Origin: Octopus sinensis
Lineage: Eukaryota
DNA: 64,000 nt
Assembly (NCBI RefSeq): GCF_006345805.1
Contig: NC_043005.1
Coordinates: 37,014,001 to 37,078,000, forward strand
Direction of reading: 5' to 3'
Shown here piece after piece: positions 40,218 to 51,769 of the stretch. A program made the position numbers and the translations under genes. The notes beneath the pieces were generated by a model, which searched no databases, was not told where the DNA came from, and was given only the letters and a program-made list of their open reading frames with translations. How positions within the stretch are numbered: the first letter of the stretch is position 1; every line of letters begins with the position of its first letter.

Positions 40218-41067
40218 TGGCCAAAAGCAGAGAGCGAAGGTTTCATCATGGCTGCTCAAGACCAAAGCCTATCAACCCGGAACTACCAGGCCAATGTGAT
40301 GAAAAATGGAGCAGACCCAAAATGCCGATTCTGCAACGACATGATTGAAACAGTGGACCACTTAATCTCTGGATGTAAAGTCTTAGCACCAGTGGAGTAT
40401 AAATTAAGACATGACAGAGTTGGCCAATATCTCCACTGGCTAATAAGTCGGCATTACAATATCAAAACTGCCGACAAGTGGTATAATCACCACCCTGAGG
40501 CTGTAACTGAAGGAGAAAATGTAACCATTCTGTGGGACTTTCCAGTACATACAGACCGAACCATCAAGGCCAATAAACCAGATATTGTTGTGAAAGACAA
40601 AAACAATAAAGTTTGCTTATTGATCGACATGAGCATCCCCTGTGATCATAATATCTCAGCGAAAGAGTTTGACAAGCTCAGAAAATATAAAGACCTCCTC
40701 ATTGAAATTGAGAAAATGTGGCATCTCAAGGCGGTTACAATACCAGTGATCGTAGGAGCACTAGGAATGATCAAGAAGGGAACCGAAAATTATATGAGAA
40801 TGATCCCTGGCTTACCATCCCTGCAAGAAGTGCAAAATATTGTCTTAACTGGTACATCACACGTATTGAGAAGAGCATTGTCGATGTGAGAACTGTTGCT
40901 GCTCATGTATTTTAATTTAACTTTAAAAAAAAAAAAAAAAAAGAAATGAACTAACTACTGAGTTTGGTTTAATGGCCTACCAATATACACTATGAGTTTC
41001 TTTGCCCTAGGAGTCGGGAAGACACTCGGCAAGAAATGGAAGAAAATTTGAAAGAAGAAAAAAAAAA
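40218..41067 (+). mobile_element. R4/Dong-type LINE subfamily A, 5'-truncated, in (AAT)n
   Basis: (AAT)n on both sides; open C-terminal ORF plus 3' UTR. Confidence 0.9.
40248..40889 (+). CDS. CCHC zinc finger plus restriction-like endonuclease domain of an R4/Dong-type LINE ORF (uninterrupted fragment)
   Basis: AQDQSL, CRFC..ETVDHLISGC, RHDRVG, ILWDFPVHTD, NKPDIVV, IDMSIP, KYKDL, IPVIVGALG, GTSHVLRRAL. Confidence 0.9.
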   Translation: MAAQDQSLSTRNYQANVMKNGADPKCRFCNDMIETVDHLISGCKVLAPVEYKLRHDRVGQYLHWLISRHYNIKTADKWYNHHPEAVTEGENVTILWDFPVHTDRTIKANKPDIVVKDKNNKVCLLIDMSIPCDHNISAKEFDKLRKYKDLLIEIEKMWHLKAVTIPVIVGALGMIKKGTENYMRMIPGLPSLQEVQNIVLTGTSHVLRRALSM

Positions 41068-41085
41068 ATAATAATAATAATAATG

Positions 41086-41147
<62 letters not shown>

Positions 41148-41148
41148 C

Positions 41149-41456
41149 CTAAAAAACAGGAGCAGCTAAGATCTAGAAATAGGGGTAACTCGAATGTGAA
41201 GCCTAAAAACAGAAACACTTCCTCTCATCATAGGGGTATTAGGTATGATACAAACCATTCAGACAAATACATAACAAAAATACCAGGACTTACAAGCATA
41301 TATAGAAAATAGCACTATTAGGCACCGCTCACATCCTCCGAAAAACACTTTCAAATCAGTGAAAATAAGAGCACCATCACAAACCACAGCACATATCCAG
41401 GGCACACAGAGCTGCACCCAGTAGTACAGTGAAAGCACGTGATAAAGATAAGACTA

Positions 41457-41460
<4 letters not shown>
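41149..41460 (+). mobile_element. R4/Dong-type LINE subfamily D, 3' end
   Basis: KTETLPLIIGVLGMI...KIALLGTAHILRKTLS; 3' UTR homologous to 55325-55480 (-); ends in (AAT)n. Confidence 0.85.
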
Positions 41461-41549
<89 letters not shown>

Positions 41550-41571
41550 AATAATAATAATAAATGCCCTA

Positions 41572-42081
41572 AAGCAGTACCAGGCAGTGGCTCTCGTGGC
41601 TTCTGATCTTAACTGATTGGAAGTGTTAACATGTACGTTGTTTTGTCTTGGTATAAAAGATGGGCTACAGCAAATATTCTGCTCAGTACCACAGATTTGC
41701 TTGTCAGTTGCTTGACCTTAACCTTAGTGGCTGATGATATGTGCATCTCTGATCACGAGTAGAAGTAGTGGAGGAGCATCATAGCCATGTGTTGAGAGGG
41801 ATTCTTTGGAGTTTGAATAATTCACCTCCGGAAACATGGGTGTTTCGTTCAACTTCCTTAAATAACCCTTATTCAGGGACCTTTTTAGCAGGATTCTAAC
41901 TGGGCCCCACCTGCAAAGCCATGTGCTGTTTATCTCGATATGAGATCACCATGTCTCACACATATAGTTGTGATGCATGTGCCTAGTGTACCCTTATCAG
42001 ACGGGTAGTCATGATGGTTATACTGGGCTTCGTATATTTTGCCCCAGTGTCACTTTGATGGCATGAACTGCTCTCTCACTC

Positions 42082-42082
<1 letters not shown>
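41572..42082 (+). mobile_element. ~510-bp non-coding interspersed element in (AAT)n
   Basis: Reverse-complement homolog at 53818-54337; ends ctctcactc(aat)n. Confidence 0.8.
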
Positions 42083-42134
<52 letters not shown>

Positions 42135-42894
42135 TGAAATAATAATGAAGAAGCATATTTGCAGGACGTTTTGGAAGTAAATATTATACAGAAGATGTAA
42201 GGCTGTTTATAATATTGTATACTCCAGAGGCAACTGAAACAGAGAATTTAGTAAAAGAAATAAGTGACAAAATTAAAAAGTATCGGAAATTTTAAGCAAG
42301 CAGCTGATAAAGGGATGGGAAACAAATTGAAAATATTTTGAGGTAGGACGAAACGAAAGAGAGAGGGGGAGGGGAGGATGATAAGTTAATGATAAAGCAA
42401 AATGAGTACACTAAGTATTAGGTTGGATGATAAGATACATAATATGTATGAAAAGTAAAAAAGAAACTAAGAAATGAAGAAATATGAAATATACAGTATG
42501 AAATGAGATAATGTGAGATAAGAGAAAAGAGGTTGATTAAATTTCGAAACTAGAAAAGAGATCAATTTATGAGATAAAATTAAATAAAATGGACACGAAG
42601 GGGACACAAAATAACTAGATGAAATTAAAGTATTAAAAAAATGCACAAAAATATTTAGAATATTAGGAACTATCCTGATGTGGATTAATAATGTGAGATA
42701 GAACATACTAGATAAATTGCTATTCGAACTACAATAGTTGAATAAATTAAATAGTTAATTACTTTAAAGTTAATAGTTAATGAGTTTAAAGTAAATTGGT
42801 AAGTATGTTAGCTATGATCGGAGGAAATAATGTTATAGAGAAGAAGGTTTAGTTGCAAAGGGCTTAAAAGAAAAGTCTAAACTTCTGTTATCTC

Positions 42895-43100
42895 TTACTT
42901 GAAACAGTCAATGGACTGCGGCCATGCTGGGGCACTGCCTTGAAAGATTTTAGTCGAGTACTGTACTTATTCTTTTTTTAAATTCTAGTAATTTATCTTA
43001 TCGTTTCTTTTCCCGAACCACTGGGTTACCAGAGTGTAAACACATAACACTGGTTGTCAAGCTGTGTGGGAGAACAGAATATAAATACACACATATATGT
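42895..43100 (-). mobile_element. SINE family 2, 3' half
   Basis: gactgcggccatgctggggcactgcc...acactggttgtcaagc. Confidence 0.7.
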
Positions 43101-43189
43101 GTTTGTCTATATATATATATATATATATATATTACAGAGATGTACTTGCATAGCAAGTGACCTGGTCTGAGATCGTGTGCTGGAACGAA

Positions 43190-43480
43190 AACAATTGCAG
43201 CGTAGTAGGTGTTTATAAGCCATTTAGGAAACAGAAAAACCGTTAGATTGACTTCAACATTTAAATTTAGTTTGTCAAAATATTTTCGTCCCTTTGAGAT
43301 TGCGACCTGTTCACTGACAAAATTCTGTGCTGCATCTCATAGGAATTTTGTCAGTGAACGGGTTGCGGTCTCAAAGCGACGAAAATATTTTGGCAAATTA
43401 AATTTAAATGTTGAAGTGAATCTAACGGTTTTTGTGTGTTTCTTAAATGGCTTATAAACACATTCCACGTTGCAATTGTT
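43190..43480. mobile_element. fold-back (MITE-like) palindrome
   Basis: aacaattgcagcg...actgacaaaattc mirrored by gaattttgtcagt...cgttgcaattgtt; short loop near 43330-43345. Confidence 0.88.
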
Positions 43481-43499
43481 AAATATATATATATATATA

Positions 43500-43685
43500 T
43501 AGGGTAAAAGGCAATGACCATAGAATTGCACTATGTTGCAACTCATTGCTTTAGCTAAGTGAACTGGAGTAACGTGCAAAAAAGTGTCTTTCTCAAGAAC
43601 ACAACACAAATCCCGGTCCGAGAATGGAACTCACGACCTTGTGATTGTGAGCTCGACACTCTAGCTACTGAACCATGTGCATTTA
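43500..43685 (-). mobile_element. SINE (third family)
   Basis: Reverse complement ggttcagtagctagagtgtcgagctcacaatcacaaggtcgtgagttccattc (A/B boxes). Confidence 0.65.
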
Positions 43686-43689
43686 CACT

Positions 43690-43835
43690 CACACATGTTT
43701 CCCTCTACCAAATTCCCTCACAAAGTTTCGTCGCCCCATGGCTATAGAAGAAAACTTTTTCCCAAGTTGCCACGCTGTGGGACTGAAACCCAAACTATGT
43801 GTTCGGGTGACAAACTTCTTACCTCACACCCATGC
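43690..43835 (-). mobile_element. SINE family 2, 5' half
   Basis: Reverse complement gggtttcagtcccacagcgtggcaacttggg...tctatagcc...tttgtgagggaatttggtag. Confidence 0.7.
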
Positions 43836-44119
43836 ATAACAAAAAACCGGAAACAATAAAGAATCTCATTGAAATACTTGTGTAGTTGAAATTGCAATTG
43901 CGTTAAAAAGAAATTGTAGTAGTAAAGTAGGTTGGTAATCTGAATTTATGTACGTATAAGTAAGAAAATATTTAGAAATATAAAATTAGGGTTATGTACA
44001 AAGTGCATATATCTGTTCAAGTACCCAAATTCTTTCAAAATGACTGTTAGAAGTTAGGCCTTTGGCGAGAGGAAATTCTCTGTTTTCAGTTGTGCAAATG
44101 TTGCATGGTCCTTTGTTTC

Positions 44120-44335
44120 TGGAATATGGTTCTTCGTCAGAAAGAGGAAAACGTCCAGAGGGAAGGAAAAGAATAGTCCGAGAAAAGCACGTGTGTCGTT
44201 CGAGTGTGATGTAGAGAGAGTTACAGATATTGGGGAAGAAACTTGGAAAGGAAGCTGGTGAGAAGTGAAGTTGCTGGAGGAACGAATAAAGGTCAGGCAT
44301 GGTGATGAGATATAGGAAGAAGTGAGGTATATATA
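44120..44335. repeat. ~215-bp interspersed repeat, copy 1 (copy 2 at 47296-47515)
   Basis: tggaatatggttcttcgtcagaaagagg...gaagaagtgaggtatata present twice, near-identical, both ending at (TA)n. Confidence 0.9.
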
Positions 44336-44519
44336 TATGTATATAGTTGTAAATAAGATTACCATTTGAAATTATAAGTCAAATTTATATATTTTGATTT
44401 TTCAGATATTGTGAAACAATGAGATTTAAACACTAGGAGAATTGTCAGTTTGTAAGTGGACTTCACTAGACACATAAAGTCTGCGACTTTTAGATAGATG
44501 ATTGATATTACCTATTTGC

Positions 44520-44760
44520 CAAAAGTACTGGCTCGAGTCCTAAGACTCAAAAAAACCGATTACCCGGTTTCAATGGCGTGTATGTGAGCGAAATCACAAA
44601 TTCTCCATTGAAATGGACGCCAGTCCGCCAAAGTGTTACCCATTTATAGCTGTATGGTCTGAAGCAACTTCAAAGAAGACAACGTACCGCCCACTTCAAG
44701 AATCGTAACCCTAATCTTGCGATTGTGAGCGCCTCAACCACTAGATCACACACCTTCACA
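44520..44760 (-). mobile_element. degenerate SINE
   Basis: Reverse complement has tctagtggttgaggcgctcacaatcgcaag head; ggacgccagtc and tttatagctg body. Confidence 0.5.
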
Positions 44761-45237
44761 TACATAGTAACTAGCCTATTCTGTTGTATATGCAAATGAT
44801 CACTTTTAGTTACCACTCTTAGCTTATTTTCCTTTTAATTACGTGAATTACGCTAGGCCATAAATATTCTCAACCCCTTTTGTCTAATCTGATGTTTGGC
44901 TGGAGTCAAGATAAGACGATGCTGTGCTGATGACGTCTATTGGGACAGAAAAAATAATTCACAGATGTTCCCTTGTTCCCAGAAAAACAATCTAAACTCG
45001 AATGACAAAGAAATTCAGAAGAATTGTCGATTCTGTGATATTATCTCCCCTTCTCATTTGGAGCTGGTTGCAAGCCCAGTAGGTGTTTGTTTACTTTCCT
45101 CAAAACGATGATAATTTCAATAAATGATGAATTTTCCTTGTATCTAGTTTACCACTCTTCGTCTTTCTTTACTAAGTTCATAGCACTTGCCCACTCCAAC
45201 CATTTCTTTCATACATACATACATACAAACATACATA

Positions 45238-45284
<47 letters not shown>

Positions 45285-45288
45285 ATAT

Positions 45289-45585
45289 TGTGAAATAGAA
45301 AGATGAATAATCTTGTTGCAGATTAATCAAAAGTTTAACCGATACCTTGGTAGCAAATATCACAGCAGAAGACAGCACGGTTGGAGGTACAACCATATGG
45401 TGTTGCAACCATGCGTTGGTGCGGATAATTGAATTTTAATATTATTAGTGAATTGAAGAAATGGAGTTGAACGAAGATTGAACAGAAATCGTTTTATTGC
45501 ATTCTACACGTGTTTCGAAACACGTGTAGAATGCAATAAAACGATTTCTGTTCAATCTTCGTTCAACTCCATTTCTTCAATTCAC

Positions 45586-45587
<2 letters not shown>
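45289..45587 (+). mobile_element. (TA)n-embedded element ending in a perfect 142-bp palindrome (45446-45587); sister of 62683-63160
   Basis: Palindrome centred on ttc|gaa at 45516/45517; upstream 157 bp is closely similar to the reverse complement of 63001-63160. Confidence 0.92.
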
Positions 45588-45616
<29 letters not shown>

Positions 45617-45617
45617 T

Positions 45618-45729
<112 letters not shown>

Positions 45730-45965
45730 CGCTTAATAATGTCAATTGAGACAATGCAAGCGGAAACTAGAGGAACATAATTAATAACCACACTCGAAAT
45801 CAAATATATACATATATTCTTCTACATTTATAAAACGGATATAAAAATTTTTATATCCGTTTTATAGATGTAGAAGAATATATGTATATATTTGATTTCG
45901 AGTATGGCTATTAATTATGTTCCTCTAGTTTCCGCTTGCATTGCCTCAATTGAGATTATTAAGCG
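45730..45965. repeat. near-perfect 236-bp palindrome without spacer
   Basis: cgcttaataat...ataaaaa|tttttat...attattaagcg, about 5 mismatches. Confidence 0.92.
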
Positions 45966-46051
45966 GTATATAGCTCACTTGGAGTACTACAACTCCAGTC
46001 TGTATTATTTGCGAGTATTGCTAACACTAGCAATCTCAAAATAAAGCAATG

Positions 46052-46122
<71 letters not shown>

Positions 46123-46184
46123 CACACATTCATACATAATACATATATGTGTGTTTGAGTGTGTGATTGTGTGTGACAAGCAGT

Positions 46185-46290
46185 TTCCCATCTATCAAAT
46201 TCTCTCAGCAACCCAAAGTGCCGCGCACAGCAGGAATGAACCTGAAACTTAGTATTAGCGAAGTGAACTTTGTAACCATGCAGCCATTTC
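46185..46290 (-). mobile_element. SINE family 2 head fragment
   Basis: Reverse complement ggctgcatggttacaaagttcacttcgc...caggttcattcctgctgtgcgcggcactttggg. Confidence 0.55.
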
Positions 46291-46446
46291 TCTATGTATA
46301 TATGTATGTATTTGCATACATGTATATATCTGTATGTATAGCAGGTTAACTGCGAAACACAGGTATGTATACATACATACATGCATATATATATATATAT
46401 ATATATATATGCATACAAGCAGCAAAGTAGGATACCAGTCTTTGCC

Positions 46447-47085
46447 TGTTTTTTTTTGGTTTTTAATGTCCTTGTTGTGCTTCATACTGCTAGATAGCAT
46501 AGCTCTACATATTCTAACACTCGCCAATTAATTAATGTTTGAGAAAGTGAAAGATCAATATCATATGATAAACACAAGAAACCGAGAATATATAATTTAA
46601 ATTTCTTTTCAACAAAAGTCTTTCTTGGCGATGTAATTTTCTGCGAAGCCTAAAAATTTTGATATCAGAACTGATATTGTGTACATGAATATTATTTTGG
46701 TATACGTGCTGCTGCTGCTGTCGTTGCTGCTGCTGCTGATGTTGCTATTAATGGATTAATACATTAATTTCTAGTGGCAGCGGAAATTTAAAAAGAGAAA
46801 GTTGTATTTGGTAAATTTGAATTCAGCAAATAGAGAAGCGGTTGCTTTAATGTTAGTAATTAGTATTTTAAGGTACTGTGTAAAATATTTGTCAACGTCA
46901 GTACATGTTACGGTATGTAATAAATTAAATTTACAGAAATTTAAATAATATATTCTCGGTTCCTTGTGTAATACCGATCTTCCACTTTTTCTAATATTAA
47001 TTAATTGATTTGTATTGGAACATATAGCTATACTAGCTAACAGAACAAAGCACAATGAGGACATTAAAAACATCCAAAGAAACAC
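46447..47085. mobile_element. older inverted repeat or MITE, ~145-bp arms (46447-46593, 46929-47085)
   Basis: tttttaatgtcc...caattaattaat...aaccgagaatata mirrored with moderate divergence. Confidence 0.7.
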
Positions 47086-47113
47086 ACACTCTCTCTCTCA
47101 CTCTCTCTCTCAC

Positions 47114-47157
<44 letters not shown>

Positions 47158-47295
47158 GTATGTATATACATATAGGCAATTCAAAAATAGAAATAAGAAC
47201 AGAATAAACAACAAAAGTCAAAAGGACATACACAGTGAATATATTAGATTTACGCTCAGAAAAATTTGAAGATAGGGAAAAAAGAGGGAGTGTGG

Positions 47296-47515
47296 CGTCT
47301 GGAATATGGTTCTTCGTCAGAAAGAGGAAAACGTCCAGAGGGAAGGAAAAGAATAGTCCGAGAAAGGCACGTGTGTCGTTCGAGTGTGATGTAGAGAGAG
47401 TTGCAGATATTGGGGAAGAAACTTGGAAAGAAGCTGGTGAGAAGTGAAGTTGCTGGAGGAACGAATGAAGGTCAGGCATGGTGATGAGGTGTATGAAGAA
47501 GTGAGGTATATATAT
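47296..47515. repeat. ~215-bp interspersed repeat, copy 2
   Basis: See 44120-44335. Confidence 0.9.
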
Positions 47516-47527
47516 ATGTATATATAT

Positions 47528-47745
47528 GCAATGGCCTAGTGGTTAGGGCAGCGGACTTGCGGTCGGAGGATCGCGGTTTCGATTCCCAGACCGGGCGTTG
47601 TGTGTGTTTATTGAGCGAAAAAAACACCTAAAAGCTCCACGAGGCTCCGGCAGGAGGTGGTGATCCCTGCTGTACTCTTTCACCACTCTAAAGGCGGTGC
47701 TCCAGCATGGCCGCAGTCAAATGACTGAAACAAGTACAAAAAGAA
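47528..47745 (+). mobile_element. chimeric SINE: tRNA-Arg-like head plus family 2 tail
   Basis: tggcctagtgg A box, gacttgcggtc, ggtttcgattcc B box to ~47688, then aaaggcggtgctccagcatggccgcagtcaaatgactgaaacaagt. Confidence 0.85.
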
Positions 47746-47749
47746 AAAA

Positions 47750-47793
<44 letters not shown>

Positions 47794-47794
47794 T

Positions 47795-47826
<32 letters not shown>

Positions 47827-48849
47827 TGTATGTATAATACAAAAACCAAAATCAAATAAAAAAAAAACAACAAATAGTTCGAGGGACTTTTACGGTTAAT
47901 ATTGTTAGGTTGACGCTCAAAGGAGGGAAAATGTCAAAAAGTAAAACTTATTGAGTGAAAGTATGACGTTTCGAACAATTAATTATTCTCCTGATAGACC
48001 TGGCTGACAACCGGGTCTATCGCGCATGCGATATAAGTTATTCAACATAAATCCAAAAGTTTGTAGTACTTAATTACTGAACGCATTGAGTGCAGGGCAG
48101 TTTCGTCAATCTGCACTGGACAAGCTCTTCTGATGGCATTCCAGTCCCTAATATTAATGATTTCTTAGTCAAGTTGTTATCCAAATTCCTGGTTGATGTG
48201 TTTGACTAAACACTTTCCCCTAGAAATCACTAGACTTGTTCTTAAATTGTAAACAATGAGTTAATCAGAGAAGGAGGAAATAATGCCTATGACGTCAGGT
48301 AGGCCATCCTAGACTTCACAGATTCGTGATTCAGTGTTTACAGAAAAAAAGATGAGCAAGGAGGGATCTCTAATGGCTACGGTTTGGGAGAATAAGAAGT
48401 GGGCAAAATATTTCAGTTTAAGTTATAAGACACGGTGAGAGTAGAGACAAAAGGAGAGGCGGCTGGGTTGCGTTCTAGATATAGAGAATATGTTGCTCTA
48501 TGCTTAGATGGTAGTATAGAAAAGCAGAGTCGGTTTTAGTGACGATAGAAGAGGAAAAACGACTAAGCAAATGAATTTGCAACCTATCAACTGATTGCTG
48601 CGATCAATTGGTTACAGTTTCTAATTAAACAGCTATGCTTCATTAAATATTAATTACTTATGCTTTAACTATTGAAAATGTTCGAAAGAATTACGAATTT
48701 TGTATTTAGGTTAGGCCAGAAATTCAAACTTCTCTTTATTTTTATATTTATTTAGTTCTCTATTTTGTTTTCTAATTGGCAAAAGGTCAGTCTATGATTA
48801 TTGTTCAAATATTATTAGAAATACCAAGTTATTATTAAAACATAACATG

Positions 48850-49066
48850 AGGTAGCGAGTTGGCAGAATTGCCAGCTCTCCAGACAAAGCGTTTAATGGC
48901 ATTTCTTGCGGCTTTACACTCTGAATTTAAATTCCGCTGAGGTAGACTTTACCTTTCATTCTTTCAGGGTTGATAAAATATATTCCAGTTTAGTACTGGG
49001 ATTGATGTAACCGACTAACTCCTTTCCTCTAAAGGCTGCTGGCTTTGTGCCAAATTTTGAAATCCT
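48850..49066 (+). mobile_element. SINE family 1
   Basis: gagttggcagaattg...aaattccgctgaggtagactttacctttcattc...gatgtaaccgac. Confidence 0.75.
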
Positions 49067-49334
49067 TATTTGTATATTGCATATAAAGTGCAACCATCAC
49101 CAGACTTGTTACACATGCACCATATTTGAATATATGATTTAAAACAATTACTTTACCATTTGGTATATGCATTATTTGAGCTATCCGATGTACAATTTAT
49201 CTCTTATTGTAATTATGTGCTATCCAGTCTTGATATTTCGGTTATGTCATATCTAGTTTCTCGAAATCCAATATCTAAATATTAAGCATTTTTCTGAGAA
49301 ATATTTACATATTTATTACTAATATTTAATATTT

Positions 49335-49402
<68 letters not shown>

Positions 49403-50109
49403 TTCTCTCTTTCTTTCAAGCTGACATATTTTGACTGCTTTCTAAATTACAACTACGAATAGCTATTCTAACTTTAAGCCCTCTTGTCAATATTTAACCC
49501 TTTCAAGTTTTCAAGTCTGCAGTATTCATAATGGCTATCACACATAATTCTATTTGTATATATTCTACGGCAAATGCATTGACTTTTCCAAATTCACTTC
49601 AGAGCAAGAAATGTCATGTCAAACAGTTGCAGTTGGCCTTCACTAGTTAAAGACAAAGGGTATGAATTCTTTCTCAAGCGTTTGGAATTATGCAAGAATG
49701 AGTATGACGTTCAGTGACATTTTCCTCATTCCAAGTTCCATCGTTTAACTCGTTGATATTGTTCTTTTCCAATAAACTTAGACGTTCCTGTAAAAAATAT
49801 TAACTTATCTCAAAATGGCCCGACAAAGGTACTTCTACGAGCTCGTTTTATCTGTTGAAAATGGTAGCGTATCTCTCTCAAATCAAAACACAACCGTCTA
49901 GTTGTGAAAGATATGGTGGTTAGTGTAACTCTAGCTGCTTTATGTCTGAATAAAATATGAGATCGTCACGTTTGCAACGCTTTGACAATTAATTTAGTCG
50001 ATCAGCCAAGGATGACTTGGGGTTTCACAGCAACAACACCCCATTTAGGCAACAAACGTTTAAATCGTGTCTCTCTTTTAAGTCTTGAATAATTTCTTTT
50101 AACTGTCTT

Positions 50110-50181
50110 GAGACATATTACAGTAGCGTAGCTAAAGTGTGTACCGAGACATGTTATAGTAGCGTAGCTAAAGTGTGTATC
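50110..50181. repeat. 36-bp tandem duplication
   Basis: gagacatattacagtagcgtagctaaagtgtgtacc / gagacatgttatagtagcgtagctaaagtgtgtatc. Confidence 0.85.
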
Positions 50182-50961
50182 GTCTAGGACAGCCCTTAAG
50201 TTTGTTCCTCGTCACCACTCGCACTCCCTATACAGGCTTATACAGCAGACCCAAAAGTGCTACCCTTTCCCATAAATGCGCCGCTCGGAACGGACAACCA
50301 ACTCACCCCATCCCTACCCAGCCTACCTCCACTACTGATTACAAAACTGTCGGATTAAATAACGTGTTTGAATATTTCCTTGCGGTAAGATATTTTGAAA
50401 AAGAAGCAATTCCAAACTCCTTCAATATTGCTGAGCTTTTAATGTACCATTCCTCGAAACCTTTTTATTAGACATCAGAAGGAATAAATAGCAGAGGGTT
50501 GGCTAAGTCTCTGGACAAAGCGCTGAAAATAAGCTTGTTTAGTATTTTATGAAGGAATGTTAAATTATATTAAAGAAATTCCTATATACTTCGTAGAAGT
50601 GTTATTAGCAAACAAAAGACCCAAACATATTTCTGTCAGCCAGTCTCAGATATATCTGGCTTAAATCAACTTCGTTTTTCAGCCTTTGGGACTCAACAGA
50701 ATAACGTACCAATCTAGTACTTGGATCGATGATATCAACTTATCATCTCACTTCAGAATTTACTGGCCTTGTGCCTAAACCAGAAAATATTAACATTATT
50801 AATTGTAGTTGCAGCTGCTGTATTTTACTGTTCTTGTTTATAACTGTATTTTAGTTACTGTTGCCTGTAATTTTGTTGTTGTCATGTTTAACCAATCACT
50901 AATACCTTGATTTATGGCAAGCTTTGGAAATAATACTGGTAAGCAGTAAACGAAAATACTT

Positions 50962-50996
<35 letters not shown>

Positions 50997-51769
50997 CATT
51001 TTATTCAAATCAATATTAGTTACAATGGTAGGAGTGAATAAAATCTGAAGAAAAAAAGATTGGAAATGGGAAAATAGAGACGAAAAATTTTTCTTTTTCT
51101 TGAGGAACCATGATTTGCCTGAGGGATCTATGGACCCACTACTGAAAAACAACATACTAAAAATAAATTTTAAAAAGGAAAGTGAGAGAGAAAAAACATC
51201 AAACAAAAACATCTGTAGTAATCACAATACTTAGTGAGGAAACACAATACGTAGCATTTAAAAATAAAAATACAGAATAGCAAAAGACTTTTGAGTAAGA
51301 AGAGAGGAGAGAGAAAGAGTGAAAGACTCTGTGTGTGTGTGTATGTGTGTGCTTTGGGAGGGAAAAGCGGATGAAAATCTTTAAAAGTTAGTTCCCATCC
51401 TGAAAATTCTGGAGATTGACAGCTCAAAGTAAAAAAAATCCAATAGTAACGGCAGCCTCTTAATGATTTTTTAAAAATAATTCAAAATGACAAGGAATTG
51501 ATTGAAAAACTAAAAGCTATAAAAAATAAATAAAAAATACTGCTAGTCTGGAAAGGAATTAAGAAGCCTAATCTTTATTTTTCTCCTCTTCACACCAACC
51601 ATAACGCCTCTGGTGACAAGTGGGATAACAACGACGGTAATGGTTGTGGCGGTTGTTGACGTTGTTTTTGTTGTTTAACCCAGGTCAGACCTGATCGAGC
51701 AAACCTATGATCAAAGACAGCTCACTCGTGGCCGTCTCGCTGCTTTTGTTTTGTTTTGTTTTTTTTTGC

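Noticed and set aside
42140-42300. Peptide YTEDVRLFIILYTPEATETENLVKEISDKIKKYRKF resembling a LINE C-terminus
   Set aside because: Resemblance is impressionistic, with no second supporting motif
44922-44964. Hammerhead-like match: stem I ctgtg/cacag, CTGATGA, gtct/ggac, GAAA
   Set aside because: C-A mismatch closing stem II, one-base-pair stem III and a poor AUU triplet; compatible with chance
47528-47605. tRNA-Arg(GCG)-like sequence (also at 4487)
   Set aside because: No proper acceptor stem and it runs into a SINE body; treated as a SINE head, not a tRNA gene
49603-49701. Plus-strand exon-like segment ARNVMSNSCSWPSLVKDKGYEFFLKRLELCKN
   Set aside because: Splice signals are plausible but there is no homology, and candidates occur on both strands at chance level
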